DNA of 44,618 nucleotides. It comes from Octopus bimaculoides. Its lineage: Eukaryota. Below the pieces are notes generated by a model. That model worked only from the letters and a program-made list of their open reading frames with translations, searched no databases and was not told the DNA's origin. The stretch is taken from contig NC_068983.1 of the NCBI RefSeq assembly GCF_001194135.2, forward strand, positions 112,447,175-112,491,792. The letters are read 5' to 3'. The translations under genes and the position numbers were made by a program. Positions 37,355-44,618 of the stretch are shown in pieces. Positions within the stretch are counted from its first letter, which is position 1, and each line of letters starts with the position of its first letter.

Positions 37355-37922
37355 GAAGTGTTGCATGGCCCATTTAAGAGTACCTTAGATGCATCGAGCA
37401 ATGTCATATGCTTGAGAAGATCTGTTGAGTCAAGTAAAACCAAAATCGTAGCTGTGGCCAGTGCCCGCTGACTGGCTCCTGTTCCAGTGGTACGTAAAAT
37501 GTATTATCCGAATGTGGCCAATGCCAGCATCCCTCACTGGCTCCTGTGCTGGTGGCACATAAAAAGCACCATCTGAACGTGGTCGATGCCAGGTCTGCCT
37601 GACTGGCTCCCATGCCACTGGCACAAAAAAACCATTCAAATGTCAGTACCCCCTGACTTGTTCCCTTGCCAGTGGCACATAAAAACCAATATCCAAATGT
37701 GATCGATGCCAGGGCCGCCTGACTGGCTCCTGTGCTGGTGGCATGTAAAAAGCACCCACTACACTCTCAGAGAGGCTGGCGTTAGGAAGGGCATTCAGCT
37801 GTAGAAACATTGCCAGATAAAATTGGAGCCTGGTGCAGCTGCTGGCTCTCTAGACCTCAGTCAAACCATCCAGCCCATGGCAGCATGGAAAACGGATGCT
37901 AAATGATGATGATGATGATGAT
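37355..37922 (+). mobile_element. RTE 3' UTR with about five ~60-bp tandem subunits and (GAT)n tail
   Basis: Reverse complement of 11421-11800. CTGACTGGCTCC..GGCAC.TAAAAAGCACC units repeat. Confidence 0.88.
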
Positions 37923-37927
37923 ATATG

Positions 37928-37984
<57 letters not shown>

Positions 37985-38150
37985 TAGAGTGCACAATGTT
38001 CCTGAAGGTCAGTAATGGTCTTCCTCGGTCACGAGTGGACGGTCATCATATATATATATATATATAGTTTACTTTTCCATTAAGGTGAGATCAACAAAAG
38101 AAGTACTCCATCTGGGGAGTGATAAATATCACTTACTCTAAGTAATATGC

Positions 38151-38329
38151 TATTATGAGCTACTAATAGCTCCTTACATTAGAAACGTGGTCCAGGCAGG
38201 TTTTTATAACATGCCTAGTGTCACCAAGTGATCTTCAGACTCAGAGCCTGAGAATTACATACTAGTTGTGTTATAAAAATCTGCCTAGACCACATCTCTA
38301 ATGTATGAAACTATTAGTTGCTCATAACT
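38151..38329. repeat. Degenerate foldback, MITE-like (about 70-bp arms)
   Basis: TATGAGC.ACTAATAG..TACATTAG..GTGGTC.AGGCAG.TTTTTATAACA..CTAGT is inverted across a ~35-bp spacer. Confidence 0.8.
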
Positions 38330-38567
38330 ATATACACTACATACTGTGTACAGTAAACGATATATATATGTTGTTGATGTCATATAAATTTTATGAACTT
38401 TCAAGAGAACATGAAACAATTCTTTTTAGAACTGGATATCTCAAAAGCACACAGGTAAGCTATAAATAATAGCATGTACATATTTCTATGCAAAAGGGTT
38501 ATTCAACCCAATATTTACATGTTAGTATTTGTAACATTGTGTGTATGTTTTGATATGTATATATATT

Positions 38568-40630
38568 TCTTCTAGTTTCAGCTCCGAGCTGTGGCCCTGC
38601 TGGGGCACCACTAATTTGCTACACTGTTAATATTGAGAGCCTCCTCTAATGTGTGACATTTGGTGAATAAGGGAGTTGATGTCGCTACCCTCATTTGCAC
38701 CTCTTGCCACGAGGTAGGTTCATCTGGGACTCTCAATAGGAAGAGGTCCAATTTTGATTTGAAAACACCTACATCTGCTTTGGGAGAATATTAAAAAGCT
38801 GTGGGCCCCTGGAACATAGGCTGTTGCAGTAACTGGTCCTGAAGCATGATGGCATTGTTGGGATCTTTGGCACTGTGCAATGTCGACGTGTTCTGGCATT
38901 GGTGTAGTTTTCAATGCCAAAATTCCACACAATTCCTTCCAGGATCTTCCAGATGTATATTACTGCATACCTCCCCTGCCTTCACTCCAGGGAGTAGAGT
39001 CTTAGCTGTTTCAGCCTTTCCCAGTAGCTGAGCTGTTGCAATGAGACGATCTTCTTTGTGAAGCTTCACTGATTGCTTCAAGATCTACTGCTAATACACT
39101 GTTGGATGACCATATCTGGAAGCAGTAATCCAGGCAGCTGAGGATGAATGTCCTCCAGAGGACCGTTGTAGTTTCCTTCTTTTTGGTTCTGAATGTTCTC
39201 AGGTTCCATCCAGCCACTTTGTCACCATCCTGGTAATATGAACATGGAAAGAGGTATCATCACTCCTGTCAATGCCCAAGCCCCTCACTGATTTACGCTC
39301 TGGGACTGTAATCCCTTGTGAACCAGTGTACGCTGTATGTTTTATATTCAGTTTTGGATGCTAGCAATGCAGGGCTTGGAATTTTTCAGCATTAAACTGC
39401 ATATTATTATCCTCAGCCCATTGGTAAACTGAGTCCAACTCCTGCTGCAGGTGTGCCACATCACTGGGGTTCTGTATTTTTTGCAAGACTTTTGTATCGT
39501 CTGCATAGCTAGCAAGGGTGGGTATCCGGGCAGTTGAGGGCATATCTTAGAGGGCCCCTATGAAAAGCAGTGGTCCCAAGACAGTACCCAGTGGAACACC
39601 GCTCACTATTTGTGTTTTCATTGAGGAGGCTCCATTGGCCACTACTGCCTGACTTCTATCTTTCAGAAAGTCATGTAACCACTCTCCAAGTTTTCCAGCT
39701 ATGCCAAGATCACTCAGTTTGTGGCATTTCATACCATGATCCATTTTATCAAAAGCTTTTGCAAAGTCAAGGTATATTATGTCCACATTTGAGTTGCTGA
39801 GTAACTGCTTCAACACCCAGTCATAGTGCTGTAAGAGCTGGGTCAGGCAGCTCCTACCTGGTTGAAAGCAACGCTGGGTATTACTCAGCAAATCATTTTC
39901 TTCAAGGAATGTGATTAGTTTCCCTCTGACTATCCATTCCATGAGTTTGCTGATATGTGAAGTCAGAGAGAAAGGTCTATAGTTTTTGGCATCTGCTCTC
40001 TGCTTCTTCCTTTATAGATTGGGCATATTGTTCCCTCTTTCAGTTTGCTTGGCCACCGGCCATTTGCAAGAAAGCTCTGGAAAAGAATCTGTAGTGGTTT
40101 CACCAAGGCACACTTACATGATTTGAGGAGGATTGCTGGGAAACCATCAGGATGAGCAGATGAGTTTGCATCCACCTCATGTATGGCTAGTGGTATATCT
40201 TCTTCGCTAATATCAATGTAATGTATCGTAACTGCCACGCTGGTTATAGGTGAGGCAGCAAAGAAATCCACTGGTTTGTTCACTTGTCTGTGTTCCAGGT
40301 GGTAAAGACACTTTTGAACTGGTCATTCAGTAGCTCACTGATCTTGGTTGGACTATCTGTGAGGGAGCCACCCTTTTGGAAGAGGGGTCCTATTTTGCAA
40401 CATACTGAGGCTGTTTTTTTTTTTGGCATAATGAAAGAAGGCCTTTGGGTTTGACTTACTGATTTTTATAACTCAGGCTTCTTTGTCTGCTCCCTCCTTC
40501 CCATAGGATTGTTGCAGGTTTTTTCAGTCTCCATCACCGTTGCTTTTAGACAGGACCTTTCACTACTTTTGGAATGTTGGTTGAAGTTATTTGCAACCTT
40601 TGTCTATCGTCTCATGAGTATCTTTCTCTC
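38568..40630 (-). mobile_element. 5'-truncated CR1-like LINE with RT domain and intact 3' end
   Basis: GRSCLTQLL, IIYLDFAKAFDKMDHG, SGVPLGTVLGPLLF, YADDTK. Contains frameshifts. Confidence 0.92.
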
Positions 40631-41435
40631 CTAAAGCCAAATTCTCAATTGAGAATTCAGCTTTAGGATCAACACCACTAAAACTAACCCTATGGCTGTG
40701 ATATGTTGATGAAACCTTTATACTCTGGCCCCACCAGGAAGATGTTCAAGTGCTATTACATCATGTGAACTCAATAAAGCCACCCATACAGTTCACAATG
40801 GAAAAGGAAAAAGACAATCAGCTAGCATTCCTGGACATATTAATAACACGCACCAACTATGGTTTCAGGCCATCTGTATACCGCAATTTTATACAACTAA
40901 ATTGTCAGGGCCTTTAAAATGTGGATTGCATGATCATCTTTCTTGTCTATTCAAATGTGACCGATGCCAGTACCCGCTGAATGATTCCCTTTGGTATACT
41001 GAATGATATCTCAGCTTCAATTCCCACCATCCATGCAGTGTAAAGAGAGGGACTGCTCAGTGCCTAAAACATTGAGCAAAGAATATAAGTAGCTATCAAG
41101 CTCAATAACAATCTATTAAGCAACAACTACCCCGAAAACATATTATCCATTCCAATTAGGAAGAAAAGAGAGGATGAAATCAATAAACTGTCCACAGTCT
41201 GTCTACCCTATGTGAAAGGCCTCTCTGAAAAGATACAAAAGATATGCAGCACATATGACATCAGGATAGTATTCAAGAATAATACAACACTTTGCAAATA
41301 TCTCCTTTGAGTAAAACCACCACTAGAAGAGAATATGACCAAAAAACTGCTGTGGTAGGTCATACAAAGGCAAACATGCGACCCCTTCAAAGTAAGGGTA
41401 GAGGAACATCGCAAAGCTGTGACAAAGGTGAGAAT
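40625..41435 (+). mobile_element. Penelope-like element remnants: RT (40625-40885) and thumb/GIY-YIG (41060-41435)
   Basis: LWL*YVDETFILWPH..HVNSIKPTIQFTMEKEKDNQLAFLDILI, PYVKGLSEKIQKIC, and CGRSYKG..KVRVEEHRKAV. Confidence 0.85.
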
Positions 41436-41497
41436 TTCAGCCCCACCCACCACCTCATACGTTTATATGTACATGTATACGCACACACATATATATA

Positions 41498-41705
41498 ATT
41501 TTCTACTCTAGGCACAAAGCCCAAAATTGTTTTGAGAGGGGGCTTGTCGATTAGATCAACCCCAGTATGCAACTGGTACTTAATTTATTGACCCCAAAAG
41601 GATGAAAGACAAAGTCGACCTTGGTGGAATTTAAACTCAGAACGTAAAGACATACGAAATGCTGCTAAGCATTTCACCTGGCGTGCTAATGTTTCTGCCA
41701 GCTCT
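41498..41705 (-). mobile_element. tRNA-derived SINE (family D)
   Basis: Head GAGCTGGCAGAAACATTAGCACG..GAGTTTAAATTCC, then GTCTTTCATCCTTTTGGGGTCAATAAATTAAGTACCAG. Confidence 0.85.
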
Positions 41706-42450
41706 CTGGTATATACACACATATATATTATTATATTCATATATGCATACATATATGTGTGTCTGTGTGTATTTGTATGTATGTCTGTGTGTGAAATATA
41801 CATAATTGAGGACTTACCGAATCATCATATAGAGCAAACATATAAGTGAAACCACACCAATCACAGAAGTGGATATCAATGATATCAGAAGTGGACTCAC
41901 ATCTACAATGATAAAAATAATTTTCAAGCATCAATAAAAATAGAACTCAAAATAAACCAAGTCAAAACTATAAGTCTTCAGTTTACATAAAATGAAACAC
42001 AGCTATAGATAAAAAGGTTATGTAGTGTATTAGAAATGGCAGTCTACAATGTGTTTGATTTAGACACACAAAGAACAAAAATTGAAAATGATTGTATTAG
42101 AGAAATCTCTTTCATCTAGACTAATATTCTTAAATTGTTCAATCCAACTTTCATCCTACTCACACTCACTCAAACCAAATGCTTGATCTGCTAGAAATTT
42201 CAACCAAATTAAATCAACTTACAACCTGCTGTCTTGAAAGAAACAGGTAACATTGAACAATGTAATCCATGATATACAGAAAGACAGAATATTCAATACA
42301 GGAATGTTTCGCTTATTTTTACCAAAGATGGCCTGAGAGTTAAATAACAATAAAAACAACACAAACCACAAACATTATTCCTCTATACAGTAGATTTTTT
42401 CTCCTCTGTCTCTAACTAATCTTTACTGTCCAGCAGCCAACACTCCCTCC

Positions 42451-42662
42451 TAAACCATTTGGTATTTAGATTACTTTGTCAAATACATTGTTTCAAATTA
42501 ATCATGCATTATCTCATAACTTTCAGGTTTCAATGATGTGATTGTTTCATTTTTAGAATGACATTGTAGGGTAGGTGTGATAGACTGGATCTGGCTAGTT
42601 TAAATATAAAATGGGCAGAATATTTGGGCTGGATATGACCCGTTCAAATGCTAAAGAGTTAA
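42451..42662. mobile_element. Degenerate MITE, piggyBac-like ends
   Basis: The right end AAATGCTAAAGAG/TTAA is matched by a decayed left end TAAA/CCATTTGGTATTT. Confidence 0.45.
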
Positions 42663-42944
42663 ACCTTGTTCTGAAATGAATTGTTAGGGTTTATGTAGAG
42701 TCTGTTTCTCTCCATTTCTCTCACTTGGACAGTGACATGAAAGACTACTGGCTACTAGAACTCAAAGACTTCCTTACACATTATTCTAAGTGTCAGACTC
42801 CAAACATCAAATGCTAACAGATATTTCTCTATGGTTTATGTTGCATTCAGGACATTTATTTAATTTCACCTTGCTCTGAAGCCATCATTGTTGATGACTT
42901 CAATGAACTTATCGCTCTTGCACCACTTCTACTGTGGTGTAGAG

Positions 42945-43246
42945 CAGTAATTCTCAAGCAGTGTGTCATAAGGGACTTCGAAGTGTGGTCTGGATTTTTG
43001 AAGACAACAATTTAAAACTTTAAAAAATTCAGACTAGTGCTTGAGAATCTTGAAAATTGTGGTGTTCACAATTTTTGCTACACAAGTATGGTTAACAGAA
43101 TGAAGTAAGCAATAATTTTCTGGAATTAGTTTTTCTAATTTTAACTTTCAAGCATGTTTTGTTTTTAATTTTGCAGACAAAGTGCTCTCATAATTTCTAT
43201 TTGATTTTCAGTGCACCAGGAAGTCAAAAAAGACTGAGAACCTCTG
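42945..43246. mobile_element. hAT-like MITE (about 300 bp)
   Basis: TIRs CAGTAATTCTCAA / CTGAGAACCTCTG, with flanks GTGTAGAG and ATATAGTG as a decayed 8-bp TSD. Confidence 0.55.
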
Positions 43247-44368
43247 ATATAGTGACTTAGACTTCATTACTCGTTAACCAGATCTATGTGCTTGAATTAG
43301 TTTTGGTCAAAAATGCAGATAGGCATCTATATTATAAAATCGTACTAATAATAATCACTACATCATTGACAAAATCACTGACTTTCCAAAGACTCTTCAT
43401 TCAATCCTTACCTCCAGTTCTGAATGTTATTAAACCTTCACTATTTCTGTCATATTTTCCTACAACCCAGTATTTTCTGCTCTTGAATCCCAATGCATTC
43501 ATGTTAATTGATATTCTTACTTACACAAGAACAAGTAATGTTTCACAGAAGCAAAAAAATTTCATACAGTCATCATTGAATAATTTGAAGTGGGGACACA
43601 GACAAGAATAATACAATCTTGATGTATAAAATAAAGAAAATAAAGGTGACAACATGAATGAGTACAATGCTGATTATAACAATGATTATTATTGAACATG
43701 AAAAGGTTGATGCAGAAGTCAGCTATATTGGTTGATAATGAATATGATACCCATGGCATTGAAGAAACAAGTGAACATGTTTAAAGTGATAATGATACTA
43801 ATGATAATTATGTCTATGTTAAAGATAACTATAATGACAATTGTGACAGTGATACTCTATCTCCAATAAAAGGATGATATTCATTCTGATGCCAAAAAAA
43901 AATCAATGATATTAGTGATAATTATAGAAGTGGCTGTAGAAGTAATACAGATGATGCTGTTTGTTATTAAATATAATGGTCTTTACATATAATGATAATA
44001 TAATGATTAAGTGTGTTCAACCTGAGAGGAATATCTCTACATAATTTCCAACAGCGAAATTGTGCAGTACACTTGATTTCTTTGTGACAAGTGATTATCA
44101 CAGTATAACATAATTGACTTATCATCTCATTCACTTTCTTGCTTCATGACTAGTTCATTACTATAGGATTTGGTTACATCTCATACTTCAATTGTTATCA
44201 CAAAAATGAATTACCATATGGTAATATAATTAAGTTGTAAATGTAATTCTCAGAGAATTCATTAAAGTATTACCTGTCTGATACAAACCTGTCTGAACTC
44301 ACCTGTGATTTTATAATACAAAATGCCTAATTTCATAGCATGTGTATTTGAAATAAAACTGCATATGC

Positions 44369-44439
<71 letters not shown>

Positions 44440-44440
<1 letters not shown>

Positions 44441-44618
44441 CATCATCATCATCATCGTTTAACGTCCGCTTTCCATGCTAGCATGGGTTGGACGACTTGA
44501 CTGAGGACTGGTGAAACCGGATGGCAACACCAGGCTCCAGTCTAATTTGGCAGAGTTTCTACAGCTGGATGCCCTTCCTAACGCCAACCACTCAGAGAGT
44601 GTAGTGGGTGCTTTTACG
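44440..44618 (-). mobile_element. RTE 3' end, cut by the window edge
   Basis: (CAT)n-CGTTTAACGTCCGCTTTCCATGC, matching 11421 onward. Confidence 0.9.

Noticed and set aside
37455-37760. Regularly spaced repeats superficially like a CRISPR array
   Set aside because: These are degenerate tandem units without unique spacers, inside a eukaryotic RTE 3' UTR, with no cas genes.
38354-38454. Open 101-nt segment ending in CAG/gtaagc
   Set aside because: The acceptor is poor, the peptide is AT-biased and unrecognised, and it overlaps a TA-rich stretch.
9395-44520. Other CTGANGA heptamers (for example 9431, 10897, 16907, 27830, 36078, 38233, 44501)
   Set aside because: None has a correctly spaced stem II, GAAA and NUH with stem I. 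They are expected by chance.

Overview
AT-rich, repeat-dense eukaryotic genomic DNA with five N-gaps. It is most likely from an octopus-type cephalopod; this is inferred from recalled SINE/LINE families and was not verified. No host gene can be named, and only a few weak isolated exon candidates were seen. The window is a mosaic of decayed mobile elements: tRNA-derived SINEs, RTE, CR1-like and R4-like LINE fragments, several Penelope-like element (PLE) fragments, a mariner transposase relic, MITEs and microsatellites. The first 5 kb is the most interesting part and holds three things. (1) A non-coding 453-bp tandem repeat whose unit is delimited by a minimal type-I hammerhead ribozyme motif (retrozyme or PLE pseudo-LTR-like), folded back on itself. 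(2) An internally deleted Ty3/gypsy LTR element whose remnants show the unusual Gmr1-type PR-INT-(RT)-RH order and a bipartite tRNA-Pro primer site. (3) A second hammerhead embedded in a near-perfect 133-bp inverted repeat. The window also contains a CR1-like LINE and a SINE family that share a 3' tail with a compensatory stem-loop. All alignments and folds were done by eye.
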